DNA from: Oscillospiraceae bacterium
GTDB lineage: Bacteria; Bacillota; Clostridia; Oscillospirales; Oscillospiraceae
NCBI GenBank assembly: GCA_902778115.1
Contig: CACYWG010000003.1
Span: 9,891-73,890 of the forward strand
DNA: 64,000 bases
Direction: 5' to 3'
The notes beneath the pieces were generated by a model. The model searched no databases. It had not been told where the DNA came from and worked only from the letters and a program-made list of their open reading frames with translations. Of this stretch, positions 1 to 8,688 are shown in pieces (the first letter of the stretch is position 1; every line of letters begins with the position of its first letter). The position numbers and the translations under genes were made by a program.

Positions 1-2459
1 TCCGGGCAGTCCTTGGGCGGCATGTCCGCGCCGCAGCCGTAGCTGCCGTCGGTGATGAACTCGGAGTGGCAGCACTTGGGGCAGACATAGTGCGGCGGGA
101 GGGAGTTGACCTCGGTGATGCCGGACATGTAGGCCACGATCGACGAGCCGACGCTCCCTCGGCTGCCGACAAGGTAGCCGTTTTCCAGCGAATTCTGCAC
201 CAGCTTCTGGGCAGACATGTAAATGACGTCGTAGTTGTGGTCGAGGATGGTGTTGAGCTCCACGTCCACGCGATCTTTCACGATGGCGGGCGGGTTTTCG
301 CCGTAGATGCGGTGCATCTTGCTGTACACGAGGTCGCGCAGATCCTCGGCCGAGTGCTCGATCTTCGGCGGGAAGAGCTCCTTGGGCAGCAGCTCGATCT
401 CCTCCACCTGGTCGGCGATGGCGCGGGTGTTGGTGATGACGACCTCTTTGGCCGTCTCTTCGCCGAGGTAGGCAAATTCCGCCAGCATTTCCTCGGTGTT
501 GCGGAAGAAGATCGGGCAGCTGCGGTCGGCGTCGGAGAACTTCTTGGCCGCCTGCAGGATCTTGCGGTACTGCTCGTCCTCGGCGTCGAGGAAGTGGACG
601 TCGCTGGCGGCGATGACGGGTTTATTCAGCTTGCGCCCGAGCTCCAGGATCGTGCGGTTATAGTCCTGCAGCACGGTCTCGTCCTTGACGCGGCCGTTTT
701 CCACGAGGAAGGCGTTGTTGCAGATCGGCTGGATCTCCAGATAGTCGTAGAAGGAAGCGATCTTCTCCAGCACCTTCGGGCTCTCGCCGCGCATCACCGC
801 GCCGTAGAGCTCGCCCATCCCGCAGGCCGAGCCCACGAGCAGGCCCTCGCGGTGCTGCAGCAGCAGGCTCTTGGGGATGTTCGGCGTACGGTGGAAGTAT
901 TTCAGATAGGACTGGGAGATCATCTCGTAGAGGTTCTTCAGTCCCGTGCGGTTTTTCACCAGCAGGATCATGTGGTGGGTCTTGGCCACGTCCGTGCGGC
1001 GCAGGGAGTGGTAGACCGTCTCGATGTCGTCAAGCGTGTGCGCGCCCTGCGCGGCCAGCATCGGCAGAAACTTGGCCATGATGCGCGCCACGACCATCGC
1101 GTCGTCCGAGGCGCGGTGGTGGTTGAACTTCGGCAGCTCCAGATGGTTGGAGACGATATCGAGCTTGAAGCGCTTCAGCTCCGGCAGCAGGGCCTGGCTG
1201 AGCGCAAGCGTGTCCAGAAAGACCGGGGAGAATTTGATATGGTGGCGGTTGGCCGCGGCGCTCATGAAGCCTACGTCAAAATGCGCGTTGTGGGCGATGA
1301 GCGGCCGGTCGCCGGCAAAATCGAGGAACATGCGCAGCGCTTCGTCCTCGTCCGGCGCGTCGGCCACGTCGCTGTCCTTGATGCCGGTCAGCTCCGTGAT
1401 GTTGGCCGGGATCGGCTGGTGCGGATTGACGAAGGTATTGAACTCTCGCTTGATCTCGCCGCCGGAGAAGATCACCGCACCGATCTCGGTCATGCGGTTA
1501 TCCTGCGCGTTGAGGCCGGTGGTCTCGATATCGAAGGCCACAAACTCCGTGTCCAGCGGCAGCTTGGACTTGCCCATCACGGCGCTGTTGCCGTCCATGT
1601 CGTTGAGATAATAGGCCTCGAGGCCGTAGATGATCTTCACGCCGTGCTTTTTGCCCGCCTTCCACATGTCCGGGAAGGCCTGCGCCACGCCGTGGTCGGT
1701 GACGGCAATGGCGGGCATGCCCCAATAGGCCGCGCGCTTGACCGCCGCTTCGGGATCGGTCAGCGCATCGAGCGCCGAGAAGCGGGTGTGCAGATGCAGC
1801 TCCACGCGCTTTTCCGGGGCCTCATCGGGGCGGATATAGCGCTTGCCCTTGACGATGTTGCGCGGGTCGAGCACCATGTCGTCCTCGAACTTGTTGTAGG
1901 TGATCTCACCCTGCACGGTCAGATGGTCGTTGGGGTTGATCTTGTCGACGATGCTGCGATCCTCCTCCTGGCGCAGGAAGTGGGAGATGCGGATCGTGCT
2001 CGTGCGGTCGGTGAGATCAAAGGCCAGCACCGCGCCGCCCTTTTTGGTGGTGCGGCTGCTCACGGCCACCACGTCGCCCTCCACGGTCACGCGGCCGGAT
2101 TCGAGGGTCAGCGTGTCCATCTTCACCGGCGCCTGCTTGATGGCGCGGCCGAAGAGCACGTCGCCCTTCGGCGCGGAAGACGGCGCGGCGGAGGCGAAGG
2201 GCTGCAGCACGGCGCGCGGCTGCGGGTAATCCGGGATCAGACGCACGCTGTTCAGGGCGTAGTCGTCCCGCAGACAGGCGCAGAGCGCCTCCTCCTCGAC
2301 CGGGGAGGGCATGGCGGGAAACCAGGCGCTCACCGTGACCCTGCGCTCGGCAAGGTTCACCTGCACGTCGGTGATATAGGCCTTGTCCAGTCCTCCGCAG
2401 CTGTCGCGCCGGGCGGCGCAGCCGGGAAAGACCGTCAGAAACGGGGTATGTTCGCTCAT
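1..2459 (-). CDS. polC: DNA polymerase III, PolC-type alpha subunit, N-terminal ~820 codons (3' end runs off the window)
   Basis: Absent from the ORF track because it has no stop in the window. My reverse-strand translation from the ATG (complement of 2457-2459) reads MSEHTPFLTVF... It continues through the PHP motif VELHLHTRFSALDA and the exonuclease motifs FVAFDIETTGL and IAHNAHFDVGF. At the window edge it reaches the PolC zinc module YVCPKCCHSEFITDGSYGCGADMPPKDCP. The + strand ORF 66..2591 is its antisense shadow. Confidence 0.93.
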   Translation of the reverse strand, partial: MSEHTPFLTVFPGCAARRDSCGGLDKAYITDVQVNLAERRVTVSAWFPAMPSPVEEEALCACLRDDYALNSVRLIPDYPQPRAVLQPFASAAPSSAPKGDVLFGRAIKQAPVKMDTLTLESGRVTVEGDVVAVSSRTTKKGGAVLAFDLTDRTSTIRISHFLRQEEDRSIVDKINPNDHLTVQGEITYNKFEDDMVLDPRNIVKGKRYIRPDEAPEKRVELHLHTRFSALDALTDPEAAVKRAAYWGMPAIAVTDHGVAQAFPDMWKAGKKHGVKIIYGLEAYYLNDMDGNSAVMGKSKLPLDTEFVAFDIETTGLNAQDNRMTEIGAVIFSGGEIKREFNTFVNPHQPIPANITELTGIKDSDVADAPDEDEALRMFLDFAGDRPLIAHNAHFDVGFMSAAANRHHIKFSPVFLDTLALSQALLPELKRFKLDIVSNHLELPKFNHHRASDDAMVVARIMAKFLPMLAAQGAHTLDDIETVYHSLRRTDVAKTHHMILLVKNRTGLKNLYEMISQSYLKYFHRTPNIPKSLLLQHREGLLVGSACGMGELYGAVMRGESPKVLEKIASFYDYLEIQPICNNAFLVENGRVKDETVLQDYNRTILELGRKLNKPVIAASDVHFLDAEDEQYRKILQAAKKFSDADRSCPIFFRNTEEMLAEFAYLGEETAKEVVITNTRAIADQVEEIELLPKELFPPKIEHSAEDLRDLVYSKMHRIYGENPPAIVKDRVDVELNTILDHNYDVIYMSAQKLVQNSLENGYLVGSRGSVGSSIVAYMSGITEVNSLPPHYVCPKCCHSEFITDGSYGCGADMPPKDCP

Positions 2460-2476
2460 AGGTACATTCCTTTATC

Positions 2477-2594
2477 AATTCGGAATTATGAATTCGGAAT
2501 TCGGAATGAAAGCGTCGCACAGAGCGCGACAAATTTCAATCGTCCGCCATGCGGACACCGCAATTCCGAACTCCGAATTTCCAATTCCTAATTC
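2477..2594. repeat. Composite intergenic element: two inverted heptamer arrays (AATTCGG units) flanking two small hairpins
   Basis: The left array 2477-2508 reads AATTCGG AATTATG AATTCGG AATTCGG AATG. The right array 2561-2594 is the same unit family in reverse orientation and overlaps the ispG stop. 2492-2507 pairs with 2563-2578 at 15 of 16 positions. Inner hairpins are GTCGC..GCGAC (2514-2530) and GTCCGC-CAT-GCGGAC (2542-2556). Confidence 0.8.
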
Positions 2595-3640
2595 TGTTCT
2601 ATCAGCTCCATCAGCCGGTCGCAGAGCTCTTCATAGGGATAGGTGCCGAGGACCTGTCCCTTTTTGAACAGCAGGCCCTTCCCTTTTCCGCCCGCGACGC
2701 CGTAATCGGCCTCGCGCGCCTCGCCCGGACCGTTGACGACGCAGCCCATCACCGCCACGGTGATGTCGCGCTCGACGCCCTGCAGACGGCGCTCGACCTC
2801 CTCGGCCAGGCCGATCAGGTCGATCTCCGTGCGTCCGCAGGTCGGGCAGGAGACGAACTTCACGCCGCCGCGGCGGAGCCCGGCCGCCTTCAAGATGGCG
2901 ATGCCGGTCTTGACCTCCTGCACGGGGTCTGCCGTGAGGGAGACGCGCAGCGTGTCGCCGATGCCCTCGTTCAAGAGCGTCCCGATGCCGACGGCGGACT
3001 GGATGGTGCCGTTCCAGGCGGTGCCCGTCTCGGTCACGCCGAGGTGCAGCGGGTACGGGAAGCGTTCGGCGGCGAGGCGATAGGCCTCGACGGTCAGCGG
3101 CACCTGCGAGCACTTGAGCGACAGGCAGATATCGTCGAAATCATAGCGGTTGAGGAGCGCAACGTGTCCCGCGGCGCTCTCCACCAGCGCTTCCGCGCAG
3201 GGATGGCCGTACTTTTCCAGCAGCGGCTTTTCGAGGCTGCCGGCGTTGACGCCGATGCGGATGGGTATGCCGCGCTGTTTGCAGGCCTCGGCCACAGCCT
3301 TAACGTTCTCGGGCGCGCCGATGTTGCCGGGGTTGATGCGGATTTTGTCGATGCCCCGCTCGGCGGCGATCAGCGCCAGCTTATAGTCAAAGTGGATGTC
3401 CGCCACAAGCGGCACGGAAACCTGCGCCTTGATCGCGTCGATCGCGCGGGCGCTCTTTTCGTCCGGGATGGCCAGGCGCACGATCTCGGCGCCTGCCGCC
3501 TCCATCGCGCGGATCTGCGCAACGGTGGCCTCCACGTCCCAGGTCTTTGTATTGCACATGGTCTGAACGCTCACCGGAGCGCCGCCGCCCACGGGGCGCG
3601 CGCCGACCATGATCTGTTTTGTCTTGTCTCTTTTCATCAT
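2588..3640 (-). CDS. ispG: 4-hydroxy-3-methylbut-2-enyl diphosphate synthase (IspG/GcpE)
   Basis: 350-aa ORF. The N-terminus reads IMVGARPVGGGAPVSVQTMCNT, and the C-terminal Fe-S motifs SCPTCGR and GCVVNGPGE are present. Its start overlaps the rseP stop by 4 nt. Confidence 0.92.
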   Translation of the reverse strand: MMKRDKTKQIMVGARPVGGGAPVSVQTMCNTKTWDVEATVAQIRAMEAAGAEIVRLAIPDEKSARAIDAIKAQVSVPLVADIHFDYKLALIAAERGIDKIRINPGNIGAPENVKAVAEACKQRGIPIRIGVNAGSLEKPLLEKYGHPCAEALVESAAGHVALLNRYDFDDICLSLKCSQVPLTVEAYRLAAERFPYPLHLGVTETGTAWNGTIQSAVGIGTLLNEGIGDTLRVSLTADPVQEVKTGIAILKAAGLRRGGVKFVSCPTCGRTEIDLIGLAEEVERRLQGVERDITVAVMGCVVNGPGEAREADYGVAGGKGKGLLFKKGQVLGTYPYEELCDRLMELIEQN

Positions 3641-4689
3641 CCAGTCACCAATCGAAAGATATCGTGCAGCAGCACATAGGCCATCAGCGCCAGCAGCAGC
3701 ACCATGCCCGCCGCGTGAATGTAGCCCTCGTACTTGGGGTTGATTTTTTTGCGCGTGACGGCTTCAACGGCGGCCGTCACCAGCAGCAGGAACACGCGCC
3801 CGCCGTCGAGCGCGGGGATCGGCAGCATGTTCATCACGGCGAGGTTCACCGCGATGAAGGCGCCGAAGGAGAAGATCATCCACAGCGCATCCGCCGTGGT
3901 CTCCTGCTGAGCGCCGGTCGTGGCCATCATGTCGACGATGCCGACGGGGCCGGCCAGATCGTTGACGCCCACCTGCCCGTGCACGAGCATCCGAAGGCTC
4001 TCCCACACGAGGCTCACATAGTCCTTCGTCGTATCCCAGGCGGCGCGCAGGTTCTGGCCGAAGCCGGCTTTTTCATAGCTGCCGAAGAGGAAGCCGAAAT
4101 AGCGTCCCTGGGGGAAGTCCGATTTTTCCAGCCGGAAGTTTTCCAGCTTCACGGTCCCGCCATCGCGCCGCAGTTCGAGGTCGTACTCGCCCTCGTAAGT
4201 GAGCCAGCGGTTCACGTCGCTCTGCACGACGATGCGGTGACCGTTGATGCGCTCGATGCGGTCGCCCACCTGCAGCGCCTCGGCGCTGTCATAGGGACAG
4301 CCGTCCATGAAGGCCGTGATCGTCGGGCTCGGCACATAGCCGGAGCTCATCTGCAGGATCAGCACGATCAGAAAGCCCAGCAGGAAGTTGTTGAAGGAAC
4401 CGGCAACCAGGATCAGCAGCCGTTTCCAGGCCTTCTGATTGCCGAAGGCGCGGGGGTCGTCGGATTCCCCGTCCTCGCCGGTCATGGCGCAGTAGCCCCC
4501 AAAGGGCACGGCGCGCAGGGAATACAGGGTCTCGCCCTTCTGCTTTTTCCAGAGCGCCGGGCCCATACCGATGGCAAATTCCTCCACCCGCACGCCGCAG
4601 AGCTTGGCGGCGGAGAAGTGGCCGAATTCGTGGATGGCGACCAGCAGGCCGAAAATCAGAATGGCAAGAATGGCGTACAGTGCAGTCAT
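3637..4689 (-). CDS. rseP: RIP metalloprotease, M50 site-2 protease (RseP/RasP/YluC family)
   Basis: 350 aa. The HEFGHF zinc motif lies in the first TM helix, followed by a central PDZ-like segment and a C-terminal MLPIPALDGG motif. It has the conserved position between dxr and polC-side genes. Confidence 0.9.
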   Translation of the reverse strand: MTALYAILAILIFGLLVAIHEFGHFSAAKLCGVRVEEFAIGMGPALWKKQKGETLYSLRAVPFGGYCAMTGEDGESDDPRAFGNQKAWKRLLILVAGSFNNFLLGFLIVLILQMSSGYVPSPTITAFMDGCPYDSAEALQVGDRIERINGHRIVVQSDVNRWLTYEGEYDLELRRDGGTVKLENFRLEKSDFPQGRYFGFLFGSYEKAGFGQNLRAAWDTTKDYVSLVWESLRMLVHGQVGVNDLAGPVGIVDMMATTGAQQETTADALWMIFSFGAFIAVNLAVMNMLPIPALDGGRVFLLLVTAAVEAVTRKKINPKYEGYIHAAGMVLLLALMAYVLLHDIFRLVTG

Positions 4690-5834
4690 GCGATAAAGTG
4701 CTCCCTTACATAAGCCCTGGCCGCCTCGTCGCAGGCCAGAATGGTGTCCAGATCCGCATGCTGCACCGCGCCGAGCGCGGCGACGGCGCCGGCCGCGGCG
4801 TCGTAGATGCGGTTATAGCCCAGCCGGTGCTGCAGGAACAGGTGCACCGCCGTCTCGTTGGCCGCGCTCATCACGCAGGGCGCGGTGCCGCCGGTTTTAG
4901 CGCAGTCCATCGCCAGACGCAGGCAGGGCATGTTTTCAAGATCCGGCTCTTCAAAGCTCAGATCCCGCAGCTTCCAGAAGTCCAGGCGCTCGAACATCGA
5001 GGCCCGGCGTTCGGGATAGGTCAGCGCCAGCTGGATCGGCAGACCCATATCGGGTACGCCAAGCTGCGCAATCACCGTCCCGTCGACGAGCTCTACCATA
5101 GAATGTATGACGCTCTGCGGGTGGATTACCACCTGGATCTCCTCCGGGCGCACCGCGAACAGGTGCATCGCCTCGATGAATTCCAGGCCCTTGTTCATCA
5201 GCGTGGAGCTGTCCACCGAGATCTTGGCGCCCATGCTCCAGTTCGGGTGGCGCACCGCCTGCTCGGGGGTCACGTCTTCCAGCTCTCCGCGCTTTTTCCC
5301 GCGGAAGGGGCCGCCGGAGCCGGTGAGCAGGATCTTTTTCAGCTCGCCCTTCTGCCGTCCCATCAGGCACTGGAAAATGGCCGAGTGCTCGGAATCGACC
5401 GGCACGATCTCCGCCCCGGTTACCGCCGCGCGGCGCATGACGAGCTCTCCCGCGCAGACGAGGGTCTCCTTGTTGGCCAGCGCGATGCGCTTTTTCGCGT
5501 CGATCGCGGCCAGGGTGGGCCTGAGCCCGACGGAGCCGGACACCGCCGTCACCACGCAGTCGCTCTCGGCGAGCGTGGCGGCCTCGATGAGGCCCTCCAT
5601 GCCGACACCGACGCGGATCGGCGTATCGGCCACGGCGATCTTGAAGTCCTTCGCGGCCTGCTCGTCATAGACGGCGACGAACGCGGGCTTGAAGCGCCGC
5701 GCCTGCTCTTCCAGCAGGTCGATCTTGCGCCCGGCCGTCAGCGCGGCAACGGGCAGGCCGAGGTGCTCGGCCGCGGCCAGGGTCTGCCGGCCGATGGAGC
5801 CGGTGCTGCCCAGTACGGAAATGGCGTTTACCAT
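4686..5834 (-). CDS. dxr: 1-deoxy-D-xylulose 5-phosphate reductoisomerase
   Basis: 382 aa. It has the ISVLGSTGSIGRQTL NADPH-binding N-terminus, and LANKE and HPNWSMG motifs are present. Confidence 0.93.
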   Translation of the reverse strand: MVNAISVLGSTGSIGRQTLAAAEHLGLPVAALTAGRKIDLLEEQARRFKPAFVAVYDEQAAKDFKIAVADTPIRVGVGMEGLIEAATLAESDCVVTAVSGSVGLRPTLAAIDAKKRIALANKETLVCAGELVMRRAAVTGAEIVPVDSEHSAIFQCLMGRQKGELKKILLTGSGGPFRGKKRGELEDVTPEQAVRHPNWSMGAKISVDSSTLMNKGLEFIEAMHLFAVRPEEIQVVIHPQSVIHSMVELVDGTVIAQLGVPDMGLPIQLALTYPERRASMFERLDFWKLRDLSFEEPDLENMPCLRLAMDCAKTGGTAPCVMSAANETAVHLFLQHRLGYNRIYDAAAGAVAALGAVQHADLDTILACDEAARAYVREHFIA

Positions 5835-5859
5835 ATTGTTTCCCTCTATATACTAAAAA

Positions 5860-6534
5860 CTAAACGCGTAGCGTTCTAAGAACTGTCTTGTGTTCCTCCG
5901 GCACGCGGAAGCTCTCCGCGGCCTTCTGGATGGTCTTGTTGTGCGTCCAGGGCTCCAGCCGCCGCTGCTCGATAACAGGCAGCGCCGCCTCATACTGCTT
6001 GGCCAGCGCCGTGGCGAAGTACCAGGCGACCATCATGCGCACATAGTACTCCTCCGAGCGGACCGACGCCGCCCAGTCGAGGTATTCCGGGCGGAAATCA
6101 GCGTCCAGATAATGCGTCATCAGCATGCCGAGGCCGAAGCGGACGGTATAGGTCTCGCCGGAAGCGAGCCAGCGCCTGACTTGCTCGATCAGCTCCGCCC
6201 GGTGCTTTTGAAAGACCTTCGGGCGCAGGCCGTCGCAGGTGGCCCAGTTGTCGACGAAAGGCAGAAAGCGCTCGACCTCCCGCAGACAGCGCGCATAGTC
6301 CCGGATCTCGGCGATCAGAAAGGCGTGGAGCTGGTTTTCCTCCAGATAGCCATGCGGCAGCGTCTCGAGAAAACGCGCGGCCTCCTCCGTGCCGCGCAGC
6401 TCGCGCGCAAGGCTTCGCAGCTCGGGCGTGCGCGCACCGAGCACGGTCTCCGGCGGGAGATTCGGGATCAGCCGCGCCAGAAAGGCGGCGTTTTTCTCAT
6501 CCCTCAGCGCCAGCAGCCTCTCACGAATCGTCAT
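5860..6534 (-). CDS. DNA alkylation repair protein (AlkD-like HEAT-repeat family)
   Basis: Track ORF 5860..6651 trimmed to the internal ATG at 6534 (MTIRERLLALRDEKNAAF...), which overlaps the uppS stop as ATGA. The FVDNWATCD motif and repeat pattern are typical of this family. It occupies the slot where cdsA usually sits. Confidence 0.75.
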   Translation of the reverse strand: MTIRERLLALRDEKNAAFLARLIPNLPPETVLGARTPELRSLARELRGTEEAARFLETLPHGYLEENQLHAFLIAEIRDYARCLREVERFLPFVDNWATCDGLRPKVFQKHRAELIEQVRRWLASGETYTVRFGLGMLMTHYLDADFRPEYLDWAASVRSEEYYVRMMVAWYFATALAKQYEAALPVIEQRRLEPWTHNKTIQKAAESFRVPEEHKTVLRTLRV

Positions 6535-7268
6535 TTGACTCTCCCGTAGCGGCGGTCGCGGCTCTGATACACGGCGATCGCCTTGTCCAGCTCCTTCTCG
6601 TCGAAGTCCGGCCACAGCACGTCCGTGAAATAAAACTCCGCGTAGGCGCACTGCCAGAGCAGGAAGTTCGAGATCCGCTGCTCCCCGCCCGGGCGGATCA
6701 GCAGGTCGGGATCGGGGATGCCGGCGGAGTCGAGATAAGCGCTGAAGCTCTCTTCGGTGAGCTCTCCGGCGCAGCCGGCATGGAAATCCTGGGCATAGCG
6801 GCGCGCGGCCCGGAGGATCTCGTCCCGGCCGCCGTAATTGAGGCAGATATTGGCCTGAAAGCCCTCGTAATGCGAAGAAATCTCGTCGGTCTTCGCCACC
6901 AGCGCCTGCAGCTCGGAGCTGAGGGCATGGATATCGCCGAAGACCTTCATGCGGATGTGGTCGCGCTCCATGGTGTCGATCGCCTCGTGCAGATAGCGGC
7001 CCAGGAGCTTCATGATCGTGCCGACCTCATCCTCCGGGCGGCGCCAGTTCTCGGTGGAGAAGGCGTAGACCGTCAGGTATTCGATGCCGCGGTTCTTGCA
7101 GGCCGTGGCGATCTTGCGGAAGGTCTCCGCCCCGACGGCGTGACCCGCCGTGCGCGGCAGGCCGCGCTTTTTGGCCCAGCGTCCGTTGCCATCCAGGATG
7201 ATGGCAATATGACGGGGAAGGGGTGCTGCCCCCTCCCCCGCGGTTTTTTTCTTATCGCTCTGTACCAT
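6531..7268 (-). CDS. uppS: Undecaprenyl diphosphate synthase (cis-prenyltransferase)
   Basis: 245 aa with the motifs HIAIILDGNGRWA and RISNFLLWQCAYAEF. Confidence 0.93.
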   Translation of the reverse strand: MVQSDKKKTAGEGAAPLPRHIAIILDGNGRWAKKRGLPRTAGHAVGAETFRKIATACKNRGIEYLTVYAFSTENWRRPEDEVGTIMKLLGRYLHEAIDTMERDHIRMKVFGDIHALSSELQALVAKTDEISSHYEGFQANICLNYGGRDEILRAARRYAQDFHAGCAGELTEESFSAYLDSAGIPDPDLLIRPGGEQRISNFLLWQCAYAEFYFTDVLWPDFDEKELDKAIAVYQSRDRRYGRVK

Positions 7269-7819
7269 CAGATCTCCGTCAGCTCTTTTTCTTTCTTGTC
7301 GGTGATCTTGTCGATCTCCTTGATGAAGTCGTCGGTCAGCTTCTGGACGTCCTTCTCGGCGATTTTGTAGTCGTCCTCGGTCATCTCGGAGGCCTTCTGC
7401 TGCTTCTTGAACTTTTCGATCGCGTCGCGGCGGATGTTGCGGATGGCGACCTTGGCCTCCTCGCCGTACTTCTTGGTCTGCTTGACGAGGTCCTTGCGGC
7501 GCTCCTCGGTCAGCGGCGGGAAGACCAGGCGGATCGCGCGGCCGTCGTTCTGGGGATTGATGCCCAGGTCGGAGGCCAGGATCGCCTTCTCAATGCTCTT
7601 GAGCACGCTGTGATCCCAGGGGGCGATGATCAGCGAACGGGGATCGGGCGTGGAAATGGAGGCCATCTGCTGGATGGGCGTGGGGACGCCGTAGTAGTCC
7701 ACGAAGATCTGATCGAGCACGGCGGCATTGGCGCGGCCGGCGCGGATGGTGGCCAGGGTCGCATTGAGCGACTCGCAGGTCCTGGTCATTTTGTGTTCGA
7801 ATTCTTTGTAGTCAGACAT
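7268..7819 (-). CDS. frr: Ribosome recycling factor
   Basis: Track ORF 7268..7966 trimmed to the ATG at 7819, with GAGGAGG upstream. MSDYKEFEHKMTRTCESLNATLATIRAGRAN... and a length of 183 aa fit RRF. It overlaps the uppS start by 1 nt. Confidence 0.92.
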   Translation of the reverse strand: MSDYKEFEHKMTRTCESLNATLATIRAGRANAAVLDQIFVDYYGVPTPIQQMASISTPDPRSLIIAPWDHSVLKSIEKAILASDLGINPQNDGRAIRLVFPPLTEERRKDLVKQTKKYGEEAKVAIRNIRRDAIEKFKKQQKASEMTEDDYKIAEKDVQKLTDDFIKEIDKITDKKEKELTEI

Positions 7820-7862
7820 GTGAGAAACCTCCTCTGATATGATTATCGGTAAAAAAGTGTTC

Positions 7863-8576
7863 TCAGGAAACTGAGGTGCCGATCTTCTCGCCGCGCAGCA
7901 CGCGGAGGATGTTGTCGGGCTCGGCCAGGGCGAAGACCTCGACCGGGATGCGGTTGTCCATGGCAAGGCTCGTGGCGGTGGTATCCATCACCGCGAGATG
8001 CCGGGCCAGGACCTCGTCATAGCTGATCGCGTCGAACTTCTTCGCGTCCGGATTCTTGCGCGGGTCGTCGTCATAGACGCCGTCGATGTTCTTGGCAAGC
8101 AAAATCGCGTCCGCCCCGATTTCCAGCGCGCGGAGCACCGCGGCCGTATCGGTGGAAAAGAAGGGGCTGCCGGTGCCGCAGGCAAAAAGGACGATCTGTC
8201 CGTCCTCGAGGCACTCGATGCTCTTGCGGGTGTCGTAGCGCTCGCCCACGCCCTGGATGTCCACGGCGGTCATCACGCGCGCCTTGGCGCCGATCTGCTT
8301 GAACACGTCGCACACGGCCAGGCAGTTCATCGCGGTGGCCAGCATGCCCATCCGGTCGGCGCTGACGCGCTCGACCTTCCCGGCGCCGTCCTTCACGCCG
8401 CGCCAGTAGTTGCCGCCGCCGATGACGATGCCCACCTGCACGCCCTGCTCCACGCAGCTTTTCACCGTGCGGCAGACCCGGGTCACAAAGTCAAAATCAA
8501 AGCCGGTCTTTTTTTCGCCGGCCAGAGCCTCGCCGCTGATCTTGATGAGAACGCGCCGATACACGGGTTTGTCCAT
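7863..8576 (-). CDS. pyrH: UMP kinase
   Basis: 237 aa. YRRVLIKISGEAL and VIGGGNYWRG motifs are present, with the canonical pyrH-frr order. Confidence 0.93.
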   Translation of the reverse strand: MDKPVYRRVLIKISGEALAGEKKTGFDFDFVTRVCRTVKSCVEQGVQVGIVIGGGNYWRGVKDGAGKVERVSADRMGMLATAMNCLAVCDVFKQIGAKARVMTAVDIQGVGERYDTRKSIECLEDGQIVLFACGTGSPFFSTDTAAVLRALEIGADAILLAKNIDGVYDDDPRKNPDAKKFDAISYDEVLARHLAVMDTTATSLAMDNRIPVEVFALAEPDNILRVLRGEKIGTSVS

Positions 8577-8688
8577 GAGGAACCCCTCCCTATCTTATCC
8601 ATATTCCGTTTAATCTTACCACAGCATGGCCGTTTTGACAATTCCCAAATGACAAATTGTGCAGCGGCATGCGGTGTATGATGCAGGC

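Noticed and set aside
66-2591. 841-aa + strand ORF covering the left end of the window
   Set aside because: It is low-complexity and rich in G/A/V/L/D/R/H, with no recognisable motif. It lies exactly antisense to a perfectly conserved PolC reading frame, so it is a typical high-GC shadow ORF.
2477-2594. GAATTC-rich arrays considered as cloning-linker or adapter contamination
   Set aside because: The arrays occur at five separate intergenic positions with degenerate units (GGAGTTC, AATTATG). They occur in both orientations and blend into native stops and RBSs. Contamination would be identical, terminal and not gene-context-aware.
5860-6651. Extended 263-aa version of the AlkD-like ORF, and similar N-terminal extensions of the frr, sigE, rpsO, yfbR, MocR, tctB, dctQ and vanZ-like track ORFs
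   Set aside because: The extensions are Arg/Gly/Pro-rich, overlap upstream genes or hairpins, and lack RBSs. Internal ATGs with Shine-Dalgarno sequences give products of canonical length.
8630-8665. Spo0A boxes upstream of spoIIGA (TTTGACA at ~8633-8639, AATGACA at ~8650-8656)
   Set aside because: They match the TTCGACA consensus at only 5-6 of 7 positions. Spacing to any -10 element is unconvincing, so the evidence is too weak to call without comparative data.
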